Source: Prosthecobacter debontii (GTDB lineage: Bacteria > Verrucomicrobiota > Verrucomicrobiia > Verrucomicrobiales > Verrucomicrobiaceae). Taken from it: 64,000 nucleotides of DNA. Each line of letters begins with the position of its first letter. Within the stretch, counting starts at the first letter, position 1. The notes under the pieces were generated by a model. The model was not told the DNA's origin, did no database searches, and saw nothing but the letters and a program-made list of their open reading frames with translations. The position numbers and the translations under genes are program-made. Positions 49,101-57,403 of the stretch are shown here, piece after piece. The stretch covers positions 79,409-143,408 of the forward strand of contig CALRWM010000001.1 of assembly GCA_943371875.1 (NCBI GenBank), written 5' to 3'.

Positions 49101-49495
49101 GCCAGCGCGTGATCCACCGGCAGTTTGCCCTGCGACTGGATCATCTTGGCAACGTCCGTGCCGTCGATGTACTCCATGACGATGTAGAGGAGTTCATCGC
49201 GGGTTTCGCCGAAATCGTACACGGCCACGATAGCGGGATGGTTCATCTTTGCCATCGTGCGCGCTTCGTTCTTGAAGCGTTCGATGTACTCCGCCTCGTC
49301 CTCCGCCACCTGGGGTGGCAAGACCTTGATGGCCACGAGCCGGTCGAGAGAAGTCTGTCGTGCCTTGTAGACGGCGCCCATGCCACCGCAGCCGATCATT
49401 TCCCACTGATCATACTGAGGCAGCATGGCGTGCAGATGCTCTGGTGATGGCGGTGTCCAACCCATGGCTCCATCATGTTGAGGTTTCTCATTCAT
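46163..49495 (-). CDS. Transmembrane Hanks-type Ser/Thr kinase with extracellular C-type lectin and further beta-rich domains
   Basis: IGCGGMGAVYKA, VAIKVL, HRDIKPAN, DFGLAR, GTPDYVAPE; TM WGMIAAALIVLGVAAVLLM; CTLD YNGHHYQVV..GAHLATINSQAEQDW..WQWVTGEPFEFTRW. Confidence 0.92.
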   Translation of the reverse strand: MNEKPQHDGAMGWTPPSPEHLHAMLPQYDQWEMIGCGGMGAVYKARQTSLDRLVAIKVLPPQVAEDEAEYIERFKNEARTMAKMNHPAIVAVYDFGETRDELLYIVMEYIDGTDVAKMIQSQGKLPVDHALAITAHVCDALTYAHEHGVVHRDIKPANILINMEGAVKVADFGLARMHDPGQSGSLTQEGTTMGTPDYVAPEVLVIGMQVDGRADLYAVGVMLYNMLTGKIPRGNFQMPSEKMGCDTRYDAIIRKAMEQDVARRYQTSRELRRDLDQILTVPVAKEKPARQAPAGGMQPRQPPPPPPPPATPWGMIAAALIVLGVAAVLLMRRGEPPPSPPAPAVAQVEPAKQEPPRPPSNQTPPNTTAPAPVVVRTDPNAPKGSPLSKLPVLSYNGHHYQVVDERMNQLNAQKHAQSLGAHLATINSQAEQDWMNRVLPPFLKQVPQSMATIGGLRKTGVWQWVTGEPFEFTRWENTTTAASEPEKNFVLKITATSNTKAEWGLGGVTAIRAFILEWDAAPSKAPAPAPVPPPQPVVESAGAKRLRELDASFRAALERDVLAVHRTALDDLNTKYLAALDRALSAETAAARLPEALALREEQQLIKSHSPLPAEDAPNLPAPLKTLRSTYRTSLRPIETALYNGITTLFHKYEEVLKAQQAEWTQAAKLEDARLADERIASLSRQRAALLNANKELLPAGKEIVLQKNDRFISAEKFTPPVEFTLVVKTHKDDLRLACTAKQVIFNWEKNQDELRIDTDPGGARHVPGMGRIPEDTFVTIQWRIMPHMQSISVDGKRRLLHFGDYSKVDNPLEIFPFNHAVTIKSAKVKTLDLQTVEDQISSTPAMLDPFLKKTEWTGKLTIPAGTYRPLRRIDIGAPGKNDPRANYDEQRGDVTSLPGMRIENVRFHLREGSWQAAGGHFRDVKITADLGGSFEARDSLFQDCLFAKEGPWGTAYFSTKWHFTNCVLLGSFMQGWRVSDVGMKLDSCTLLDLDLGPIVFREDASTELTKDWLSIQSCRFINCRVPESFALATRNCVFEKCTFGAAEEKLLAKSPLTATIYVQDCTNQPQTGPGRTIEAKPAAQLTTKPGASLPYVFKNAQLDFQTPPQ

Positions 49496-49560
49496 GCCCT
49501 GTGAAAACGATCATTAGCGGCGGAGGGTAGCCGTCTGCTCCAAGAATGGGAACTGGAAAA

Positions 49561-51297
49561 TCAAACGAGTCCGCGGCGAACCAGAGATTCCTCCATGGCA
49601 CGATCGATCAGTATCACGGCCAGTGTCTGAGTGGCGTCATCCAGCAACTGGGTGGCGGCTTTGAGGGCCTTGGCGTCATGATCCGTGGCGTCAAGCAGGA
49701 CACGCACCGTGGCGGCCTGGCTGACCACGGCAGATTTCTCTTCTGTGCTGATTGCATCGCCGAGTTGATCCAGTGCGGCATCGACGGCGGGGAGGAGCTC
49801 TTCGGCTTTTAGTTTTGCTTCCGTCCAGATGCGTTCGTTCATGTCTTCGAAGGCGAAATCGACGCTTTCGGAGATCATCTGCTCCACGCGTTCGTCTTCG
49901 ACATCGACGGCGGTGCCGGTGATTTGCAGGGTGGTGTCCTGGTTCGTGGCGGTGTCGCGGGCGAGCACGTGAAGAATGCCGTCTGCATCTATGCTGAACT
50001 GCACGCCGACACGGGCGCTGCCTTTGGGGCCGGCGGGGAAGGGGACTTCGATGCGGCCAAGCTCCCAGTTGTCCTTCGCGAGTTCGCGTTCGCCCTGGAG
50101 GATGCGGATGAGCATGCTGTCCTGATTGGCGACCGCGTTGGTGAACATCTCGCCGGCCTTGGCGGGAATGGTGGTGTTGCGCGGGATGATGATGTTCATC
50201 AGGCCGCCGAAGGTTTCGATGCCGAGGGAGAGCGGGGTGACATCGAGGAGGAGAACCTGGCGCAAGCTGCCGCCGAGGATGCCTGCCTGGATGGTGGCGC
50301 CGAGGGCGATGGCCTCGTCGGGGTTCTGCGAGGTGTTGGGTTCACGGCCGAAGATTTCGCGCACGTAGTCGCGCACCAAGGGCATGCGGGTGCTGCCGCC
50401 GACGAGGATGACTTCATCGAGCTGATCGGCTTTGACGCCGGCATCACTCAAGGCACGCAGGCAATGGATGCGGGTGCGCTCGATCCATGGGCGGGCGATT
50501 TTTTCGAGATCAGCGCGGGTGATGTCGAGGCCGTTGAAGGAGGCGGAGTCATCGGTGGAGAGGCGCTTTTTGACGGACTCGGCGGCTTCGAGGACGCGGA
50601 TGTCGTGGGAGGGCAGAGCCAGTTTTTGCGCGATGAATTCGGCGAGCAGGCGGTCGATGTCATCGCCACCGAGCTGGGTGTCGCCAGCGGTGGAGAGCAC
50701 CTGGAAGGTGCCGTCACGCATTTCGAGAACGGAGATGTCGAAGGTGCCGCCACCGAGATCATAGACGGCGATCTTTTGATGTTCGGTGAGTTTGTCGAGA
50801 CCGTAGGCGAGTGCGGCGGCGGTGGGCTCGCTGAGGATGCGCAGCACTTCGAGACCGGCGAGTTCGCCGGCGCGTTTGGTGGCATTGCGCTGGGCATCGT
50901 TGAAATAGGCAGGGACTGTGATGACGGCCTTGGAAACGGACTGTTCGAGAGCGCGTTCGGCGACGGCCTTGAGGTGCTTCAAGATTTCCGCTGAGACTTC
51001 GACGGGGGAGGTTTGCAGTTCGCTGAGTGAATAAGGAGGCGTCCATCCGGCTTCACCGGGGCGGCGGCCGATGAGGCGTTTGACCGAAGTGATGGTGCGC
51101 GTGGGGTGAAGGGCGCGCTGGCGCAGGGCGACGGCTCCGACAGAGATGCTGCCATCAGTGGCCATGCATACGGCGCTGGGGGTGCTGCGGCTGCCGTTTT
51201 CATCGGCGAGGAGGATGGGGAAGCCGCTGTCAACGACACCGACGAGGGAGTTCGTGGTGCCGAGATCGATGCCGAGGATGGGGGAGTTTGGATTCAA
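49561..51297 (-). CDS. Hsp70-family chaperone (HscA/HscC-like, short form)
   Basis: GIDLGTTNS, ITVPAYF, EPTAAALAYG, DLGGGTFDIS, VGGSTRMP, DVTPLSLGIE, IDADGIL. Confidence 0.93.
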   Translation of the reverse strand: MNPNSPILGIDLGTTNSLVGVVDSGFPILLADENGSRSTPSAVCMATDGSISVGAVALRQRALHPTRTITSVKRLIGRRPGEAGWTPPYSLSELQTSPVEVSAEILKHLKAVAERALEQSVSKAVITVPAYFNDAQRNATKRAGELAGLEVLRILSEPTAAALAYGLDKLTEHQKIAVYDLGGGTFDISVLEMRDGTFQVLSTAGDTQLGGDDIDRLLAEFIAQKLALPSHDIRVLEAAESVKKRLSTDDSASFNGLDITRADLEKIARPWIERTRIHCLRALSDAGVKADQLDEVILVGGSTRMPLVRDYVREIFGREPNTSQNPDEAIALGATIQAGILGGSLRQVLLLDVTPLSLGIETFGGLMNIIIPRNTTIPAKAGEMFTNAVANQDSMLIRILQGERELAKDNWELGRIEVPFPAGPKGSARVGVQFSIDADGILHVLARDTATNQDTTLQITGTAVDVEDERVEQMISESVDFAFEDMNERIWTEAKLKAEELLPAVDAALDQLGDAISTEEKSAVVSQAATVRVLLDATDHDAKALKAATQLLDDATQTLAVILIDRAMEESLVRRGLV

Positions 51298-51358
51298 CGT
51301 TTCGAGAGGTTCACACGGGTGGGCTTGCTAAACACTGCGCTTTGGTCAAAATCAAATC

Positions 51359-52396
51359 ATGGAATCACTGACCACAGGACTGATCGCGGAAACTCATCTC
51401 AACGAAGCTCAGATTGCCGATGCTGCTGCGCAGCTGGTGGATGCTACGGTGACGGCGGCGGAAAAGGCGAATTTTCTGCGCGCTCTGGCGAAGAAGGGCG
51501 AGACGCCGGCGGAGATCGCGATGTTTGTGAAGGAGTTTTTGAAGCTGGCGGTCGATCCGGGGATTGACCGGGCGAAGCTGCCGGGGCCGATGCTGGATGT
51601 GGTGGGCACGGGCGGGGATCAGCTGCATCTGTTCAATGTGTCGAGCACGGCGATGTTCATCCTGGCGGCAGGTGGCGTGTGTGTGACGAAGCATGGCAAC
51701 CGTGGGATCACCTCGAAGGCGGGGGGGGCGGATGTGCTGGAGGCGCTGGGCATCAAGATCGACCTGCCGAAGGAGAAAGTCGTGGCGGGCATCGAGAGCA
51801 TCGGGCTGGGGTTCTTTTTTGCGCCGCTGTATCACCCGACATTCAAGGCGGTGGCGGAGGCGCGGAAACTGCTCGCGGCAGAGGGGCAGCGTTCGATTTT
51901 CAATGTGCTCGGGCCGCTGCTCAATCCGGGGCGGCCGGACTACCAGCTCATCGGTGTGTTTGATCCGAAGCTGACGCGGGCGTTTGGCGAGATTTTGGTG
52001 CAGCTGGGCCGCAAAGGGGCCTGGGTGGTGCATGGCAGCGCTGCTGACGGGCAGGGGATGGATGAACTCTCCAATCTCGGGGTGAATGAAGTGTGCCAGC
52101 TGGTGGACGGGAAACTGAGCGAGACGCGGATTGATCCCAAGGACCTCGGCTTTGGCAAAGCGGTGCTGGAAGATCTGGTGGGGGGGGATGCGACGGAGAA
52201 CGCGCTCATTCTCGAAGGCGTGCTGGCAGGAACGATCAAGGGGGCCAAGCGTGACATCGCGCTTCTGAATGCTGCGGCGGGTTTTGTGATCACCGGTGTG
52301 GTGACGGATCTGATGGCCGGAAAAGCCCTGGCCGAGGAGCTTCTGGAGCGTGGCGCGGCGCATGCGAAGCTGCGGGCGATGCAGGATTTGATCTAA
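51359..52396 (+). CDS. trpD: Anthranilate phosphoribosyltransferase
   Basis: DVVGTGGD, FNVSST, KHGNRGITSKAGGADVLEALG, APLYHP, RSIFNVLGPLLNP, GMDEL. Confidence 0.97.
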   Translation: MESLTTGLIAETHLNEAQIADAAAQLVDATVTAAEKANFLRALAKKGETPAEIAMFVKEFLKLAVDPGIDRAKLPGPMLDVVGTGGDQLHLFNVSSTAMFILAAGGVCVTKHGNRGITSKAGGADVLEALGIKIDLPKEKVVAGIESIGLGFFFAPLYHPTFKAVAEARKLLAAEGQRSIFNVLGPLLNPGRPDYQLIGVFDPKLTRAFGEILVQLGRKGAWVVHGSAADGQGMDELSNLGVNEVCQLVDGKLSETRIDPKDLGFGKAVLEDLVGGDATENALILEGVLAGTIKGAKRDIALLNAAAGFVITGVVTDLMAGKALAEELLERGAAHAKLRAMQDLI

Positions 52397-52464
52397 GGCC
52401 ACTTTCCCGTACGACAGGAGGGTGAGAGATGTTAAGGTGTCCTGAATATTTATTTCTCTCGCTT

Positions 52465-53355
52465 ATGCCTCACCCCAGCGAAGTGCTTCAATACGCCCAG
52501 AAGGTGCCGCACACCATGTGGGCCACCATCGCGATTGTGGGGTTCTTCGCTTTTGCGGCGGGGCTGGCGTTTGCGAAGGGGGTGGTGCAGCAGATCATCA
52601 ACGTGGCGACGCTGGCCCTGTGCGCGGCGGCGGCGTGGTATGTGTTCATGCACCGGGTGGTGATTTTTGGCGCGGCGGGGATGCAGATAACGACAAACCG
52701 GATGGTCATTGCGTCGGTGATTGCGGCGGGGATCATGTTCGCCGTGTGCAAGGTGGGGAAGTATTTTCTGGCGGCCTTTGGCCTGATGCGAATGCTGGGA
52801 GGGCTGACGGGGTGGAAGGGACTGCTCGTGAGCATCCTTCCTTCAGGGGCGCTGATGTGGATGGGCAGCGTGGCGCTGCGCATCGTGGGGAGTCTGTATG
52901 GCATGGAGAACGCGGCGGAGATCGTCAAAAAGGGCGGTGTGATCGAGAGCCAGGCGAAGTCCATTTTTTACAGCCTGAGCCAGAAGATCGACAACAGCTC
53001 CATCGGCGGGCTGGTGAAGAAGCTGGACCCATATGATATCAAGCCGACGGCGAATCTGGCACGGCTGCTGATTCTGTGGCCGGAGGGGACGATGTGGCAG
53101 CGACTGGCCGAACAAAGTCCGTCCACGGCCAATGCGTTGAATCATCCGCTGATCGCCAAGCTCGGCTACGATCCGGAAGTGCGGAAGGCCATCGAGAACA
53201 AGGACTTCGCGGGGCTGATGCAACTGCCCCAGGTCGAGAAAGTGGCGAACCACCCGGACCTGCAGCCTATTCTTGGAGGCATGCAATTGGAGCAGGCGAT
53301 GGACTCGGTGGTGTACAAGCAGCCACCGCCGCCGCAGCCGGTGAGGTTGAATTGA
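52465..53355 (+). CDS. Membrane protein, CvpA (colicin V production)-like N-terminus with helical C-terminal domain
   Basis: Four hydrophobic segments, GLAFAKGVVQQII pattern. Confidence 0.55.
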   Translation: MPHPSEVLQYAQKVPHTMWATIAIVGFFAFAAGLAFAKGVVQQIINVATLALCAAAAWYVFMHRVVIFGAAGMQITTNRMVIASVIAAGIMFAVCKVGKYFLAAFGLMRMLGGLTGWKGLLVSILPSGALMWMGSVALRIVGSLYGMENAAEIVKKGGVIESQAKSIFYSLSQKIDNSSIGGLVKKLDPYDIKPTANLARLLILWPEGTMWQRLAEQSPSTANALNHPLIAKLGYDPEVRKAIENKDFAGLMQLPQVEKVANHPDLQPILGGMQLEQAMDSVVYKQPPPPQPVRLN

Positions 53356-53361
53356 GGAGTA

Positions 53362-53625
53362 TCAGGCAAAGAGGTGATCGAATTCTTTGTGTGTTCCGAT
53401 CCAGAACCAGGTCACGGTTTAGCCATCGCGATGAGCCACTGCGCGCAAATCCAAAGAGATGCGCACGGACCACACGTGGGTGTGACCTTCCAGCTTTTTG
53501 AAGCGCAGCGAACGATGACCACAGTCCTGCATGAACAAGGTGTAGGCCTTCTTTGCGGCATCCTGATCGACAGGATCAAGGCAGTTCAGACATTTCCAAA
53601 AGGAGGCTGTGGCCTTGGAAATCAA
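53362..53625 (-). pseudogene. RelE/HigB-like toxin interrupted by an in-frame TAA
   Basis: TTG start; ..HRSLRFKKLEG..WSVRISLDLRAVAHRDG-TAA(53419-21)-TVTWFWIGTHKEFDHLFA-TGA; the downstream WFWIGTH motif is typical of this toxin family. Confidence 0.8.
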
Positions 53626-53882
53626 AGCCGGGACAAATCCAGAGGTTCACTGCCGTCGGCCATGGCCGTTTTCATGAAGGCCTCCAGCTTTGGTCTTGGC
53701 CGTGAATCCGTGATGATGCGTTCCCATGCAGCATCGCCATCATCTGAGACTACGTCTGCTGCCTGAACCTGATGTTTGATGAACATCACGTAGTCGAGCA
53801 CCGAGGACTGCTTCTCCGCTGGAAGAGTGACCACTTCCGCAGCGATGAGGCTGGCGAGGTTTTCCGAGGCGAGAGCTGGCAT
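53622..53882 (-). CDS. Putative antitoxin (DUF2281-like, 86 aa)
   Basis: LPAEKQSSVLDYVMFIK, DAAWERII; TTGA overlap with toxin start. Confidence 0.7.
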   Translation of the reverse strand: MPALASENLASLIAAEVVTLPAEKQSSVLDYVMFIKHQVQAADVVSDDGDAAWERIITDSRPRPKLEAFMKTAMADGSEPLDLSRL

Positions 53883-54020
53883 GGATGAAAATAACCCCTT
53901 GCCGCGTCGTGTCCAATCGGTTTCCTCGGATGAAGGGAATCCAAAAAAACCGCCAACGGCACGTTGCCCCGGGCGTGGCTCTCGCTTTGATGTTTCGGCA
54001 CTCGCCCTTTTCCTTTTCGC

Positions 54021-55484
54021 ATGCCCAAATACATTCTTACCATCGGCCTTGAAGTTCACGCGCAGCTCACGACGCGCAGCAAGATGTTCTGCGCCTGCCC
54101 GGTGGAGTATGGTGCGGAGCCGAACACTCACACCTGCCCGACTTGCATGGGGCTGCCGGGTGCGCTGCCAGTGCTGAATCAGGCGGCCATTGAGAAGACC
54201 ATTCTCACGGGGCTGATGCTGGGCTGCGAAACGCCGCCGGTGGTGAACTGGGACCGCAAAAACTATTTCTACCCGGACATGCCGAAGAACTACCAGATCA
54301 CGCAGATGCCCTTCCCGCTCTGCCTGGGCGGTGGTGTGCCGCTGTATGATTATGCTTATCCCAAGGACGCGCAGAAGAGCATCGCCAATCCGGGCAAGGT
54401 GGTGAAGCTGACGCGCATCCATCTGGAGGAGGACGTGGGCAAGTCCACGCACTATGACAAGTTCAGCGCGCTCGACTTCAACCGCGCAGGGACGCCGCTG
54501 ATGGAAATCGTCAGCGAGCCGGACCTCGATAGTGCGGAAGAGGTGGTGGCCTACCTCGGGAGCCTGCGGCAGATCCTGATCTATGGCGGCGTGAGCGATG
54601 CTGACATGGAGAAGGGCAACATGCGCTGTGACGTGAACATTTCCCTGCGACCCGAAGGCCAGAAGGAGCTGGGGACCAAGATCGAGCTGAAGAACATCAA
54701 CTCAATGTCAGCCATCCGGCGCGCGATTAAATTTGAGACGGAGCGTCAAGCCGACATTTTGGACTCGGGTGGCAAATTGCAGCAAAGCACTCTGCGCTGG
54801 GACGATGACCGTGGTGAGACCACACTCATGCGCTCGAAGGAGGACGCGCATGATTATCGCTACTTCCCGGATCCCGACTTGCTGCCGGTGCGCACGGCGG
54901 ATCTCGTGGCCAAGATGCGGTCGCAGGTCCCTGAGCTGCCGCATGAAAAACGTGCGCGGTTTGAGAAGGACTATGGCTGCAGCGCCTATGATGCCAGCGT
55001 GCTCGCGAGCGAAAAGGAGCTGGCTCTGTGGTATGAGGCAGCCGTGGCTGCGGACACGCAGGTGCCGGCCAAGAAAATCGCCAACTGGGTCATCAATGAC
55101 CTGCTGGGTGCTCTGAACGACCGCTCGCTCACGCTTGCCGACTGTCCGGTGAAGCCAGAGGCGCTGAGTTCACTGGTCGCTACCATTGAAGACGGTAAAA
55201 TCTCCAACAACCAGGGTAAGGAAGTGTTTGTGGAGATGTTTGAGACTGGGAAACCTGCGGCGGAAATCATCAAGGCCAAGGGGTTTGAGCAGGTCAGCGA
55301 CACGGGGGCTCTGGAGGCCATCGTGGAGCAGATTCTTGCGGCTAATCCTGATAAGGTGGCTGAAGTCAAAGGCGGCAACGAGAAGGCCATGAACTGGTTT
55401 ACGGGACAGGCGATGAAGGCCAGCCAAGGGAAGGCGAACCCGAAGATGGTGACGGAGATTGTGAGGAAGAAGGTGCTGGGGTGA
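54021..55484 (+). CDS. gatB: Asp/Glu-tRNA amidotransferase subunit B
   Basis: IGLEVHAQL, RKNYFYPDMPK.YQITQ, HLEED.GKS, DFNRAGTPLMEIVSEPD, RCDVNIS, MRSKEDAHDYRYFPDPDL. Confidence 0.98.
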   Translation: MPKYILTIGLEVHAQLTTRSKMFCACPVEYGAEPNTHTCPTCMGLPGALPVLNQAAIEKTILTGLMLGCETPPVVNWDRKNYFYPDMPKNYQITQMPFPLCLGGGVPLYDYAYPKDAQKSIANPGKVVKLTRIHLEEDVGKSTHYDKFSALDFNRAGTPLMEIVSEPDLDSAEEVVAYLGSLRQILIYGGVSDADMEKGNMRCDVNISLRPEGQKELGTKIELKNINSMSAIRRAIKFETERQADILDSGGKLQQSTLRWDDDRGETTLMRSKEDAHDYRYFPDPDLLPVRTADLVAKMRSQVPELPHEKRARFEKDYGCSAYDASVLASEKELALWYEAAVAADTQVPAKKIANWVINDLLGALNDRSLTLADCPVKPEALSSLVATIEDGKISNNQGKEVFVEMFETGKPAAEIIKAKGFEQVSDTGALEAIVEQILAANPDKVAEVKGGNEKAMNWFTGQAMKASQGKANPKMVTEIVRKKVLG

Positions 55485-55496
55485 GGCCGCTGCGCG

Positions 55497-55531
55497 GAAT
55501 GACGAAACCCGAATGAGGAATGACGAATGAA
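55497..55531 (+). repeat. Heptamer tandem array (left flank of Imm10 cassette)
   Basis: GAATGAC GAAACCC GAATGAG GAATGAC GAATGAA; last unit contains the ATG at 55527. Confidence 0.85.
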
Positions 55532-55928
55532 GTCCGAATTCATTGTTTCGTGTGTCAGTGTCGATGAGATCGAAGACGAAAAAGGAATTGCGGTGTGGCT
55601 GGCCGATGCTGACCCCGTGGAGGTAGATTATTTAACTTTTCAACGGGCTCTCGAGCCGGATGAGCAAAGCGTCCGCCTTGGCTTGAACCGAGTCTATGCG
55701 GAAAGAAATGATCAGGGCTTCTCGGGGTACGGCGGTATTGAAAGTGTCTTGTTGTTTCGTGATCATCTGGATGTTCACCTCAATGACAAAGGATCCAAGT
55801 TCATGGACGGACTTTCGACAATGAAAGTGTCCTTCGAGCTTGATGCTGCCGCATTTCAGAAGCTTCGAGAAGGTCTCGCAGTCTGCTTCGACGGGTTTGG
55901 AAAGTATCATGACGAAGCTGATTTCTAA
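55527..55928 (+). CDS. Imm10-like polymorphic-toxin immunity protein (orphan)
   Basis: YLTFQRALEPDEQ..LGLNRVYAERNDQGFSGYGGIESVLL..DHLDVHL..VSFELD..FQKLREGL resembles Imm10; recognised by eye. Confidence 0.65.
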   Translation: MKSEFIVSCVSVDEIEDEKGIAVWLADADPVEVDYLTFQRALEPDEQSVRLGLNRVYAERNDQGFSGYGGIESVLLFRDHLDVHLNDKGSKFMDGLSTMKVSFELDAAAFQKLREGLAVCFDGFGKYHDEADF

Positions 55929-55983
55929 TGGGGGTGCGCCAGATTCTGCTCGTGCGGGACAGTTTCTATTGCACTGCATTTGG

Positions 55984-56008
55984 GTCATTCTGGCTTGATT
56001 CGTCATTC
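55984..56008 (-). repeat. Inverted GAATGAC array (right flank of Imm10 cassette)
   Basis: Reverse complement reads GAATGAC GAATCAA GCCA GAATGAC. Confidence 0.75.
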
Positions 56009-56101
56009 TTTTGCCGCCCGCCAGCGTGTACAAACCCCTTGCACCCCGGGCGGGGGCTGCTATTCTTCGCGCCCTTTTTCACCCCCAGACCCTTTAGAAT
56101 C

Positions 56102-56254
56102 ATGTCCCAGCATAGCAGCCTCAAGACTTCCGGCTCCGTCGGCACCAAGCGCAGCGTTTTGAAGCGTGGTGAGCGCGTCAAGCTTCTCAAATCCCGTGGC
56201 CAGTGGAAAGAAGGACGTCTTCCGACGAACCTTCCGAAGACCAAGCCCGAGTAA
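56102..56254 (+). CDS. PVC-superphylum signature small basic protein (50 aa)
   Basis: MSQHSSLKTSGSVGTKRSVLKRGERVKLLKSRGQWKEGRLPTNLPKTKPE; lies next to an rRNA-modification gene. Confidence 0.88.
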   Translation: MSQHSSLKTSGSVGTKRSVLKRGERVKLLKSRGQWKEGRLPTNLPKTKPE

Positions 56255-56266
56255 GGCTTTCCTCCT

Positions 56267-57403
56267 GTGCGCCTTAACCGATATTTGAGCCAGTGCGGCA
56301 TTGCCTCACGGCGTGGCGCGGAGGAAATCATCCTCGGCGGTCGCGTGTCCATCAACGGACACGTCATCACCGAGCTTGCCACGAAGGTCCAGCCCGAGGA
56401 CAAGGTGGTCGTCGATGGTTCTCCGGTACGTGCCGAGACGCCTGTCGTTCTCGTTTTGAACAAGCCGAAAGGCTACCTGTGCTCCCGTGGGGACAAGCAG
56501 GACCGCATGACGATTTACGATCTGCTGCCTCTGAAGTACCAGAATCTGCATCATGTCGGCCGTCTCGACAAAGACAGCGAAGGTCTGATTCTCCTGACGA
56601 ATCGCGGAGATCTTTCCCACCGGATCATTCACCCGAGCCAGGGTGCTGAAAAAGAATACGAAGTGGTCGTCGATCAGGCGCTCAATCCGGACGTGATGGC
56701 GAAGCTCGTCAAGGGCATGATGACCGAGGAAGGTTTCGCCCGTGCGGAACGCACCTGGATGGACGGCGACTACAGGGCGCACATCGTGCTCAAGATGGGG
56801 CTCAAGCGTCAGATCCGCATGATGCTCTACTACCTCGGCTACGAGGTCACACGCCTGACCCGAATCCGCATCGGCTGGCTGAAACTGCACGGTCTGGCCC
56901 GAGGTGCCTATAAAGAGCTTACGCCGACGGAGGTCGAACGCTTCTTCAAGGAAGAGCCGGCCAAGCCGAAGCTGGAACGCAGCAAGCCTGGTGAGGAAAA
57001 GGATGACGGGATCGAAGATCACCGCCCTGCGGCACGCAAGCGCGCTACCCCGCGTGTGCATGAAGCTGAGGCCCGCGAACCGCGTGGTTTCAAGCCCACC
57101 ACCCGTGGCAAGAAGAGCGGCCCAACGGCTCGCTTTTCCGAAGACAAGCCTAGCCGTGGCAAGAAGAGCGGACCTACGGCCCGCTTCTCTGAAGATAAGC
57201 CTGCTCCGCGTGGCAAGAAGAGCGGCTCTGCAAGCTGGTCTTCCGGAGACAAGCCTTCGTATTCCAAGCCCAAGTCCAGGACTTTCAGCCCGCGCTCACG
57301 CTCAAGCGAAACGGGGCGGGACGAAAAACCACGGGGGCGGTCAGGTCCGCCAGCTCGCCGTCCAGCTCCACGGGGGCCTCGCCGCGGTCCGTCGTCACGG
57401 TGA
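56267..57403 (+). CDS. rluB: S4-domain pseudouridine synthase (RluB/RsuA family) with repetitive basic C-terminal tail
   Basis: MRLNRYLSQCGIASRR, LNKPKG, HHVGRLDKDSEGLILLTN, KEYEV, KRQIRMM, RIRIG; three RGKKSG repeats 57104-57257. Confidence 0.88.
   Translation: MRLNRYLSQCGIASRRGAEEIILGGRVSINGHVITELATKVQPEDKVVVDGSPVRAETPVVLVLNKPKGYLCSRGDKQDRMTIYDLLPLKYQNLHHVGRLDKDSEGLILLTNRGDLSHRIIHPSQGAEKEYEVVVDQALNPDVMAKLVKGMMTEEGFARAERTWMDGDYRAHIVLKMGLKRQIRMMLYYLGYEVTRLTRIRIGWLKLHGLARGAYKELTPTEVERFFKEEPAKPKLERSKPGEEKDDGIEDHRPAARKRATPRVHEAEAREPRGFKPTTRGKKSGPTARFSEDKPSRGKKSGPTARFSEDKPAPRGKKSGSASWSSGDKPSYSKPKSRTFSPRSRSSETGRDEKPRGRSGPPARRPAPRGPRRGPSSR

Noticed and set aside
53419-53421. Programmed readthrough or recoding of the toxin stop
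   Set aside because: TAA is not a Sec/Pyl codon and no recoding structure is evident, so a nonsense mutation or sequencing error is simpler.
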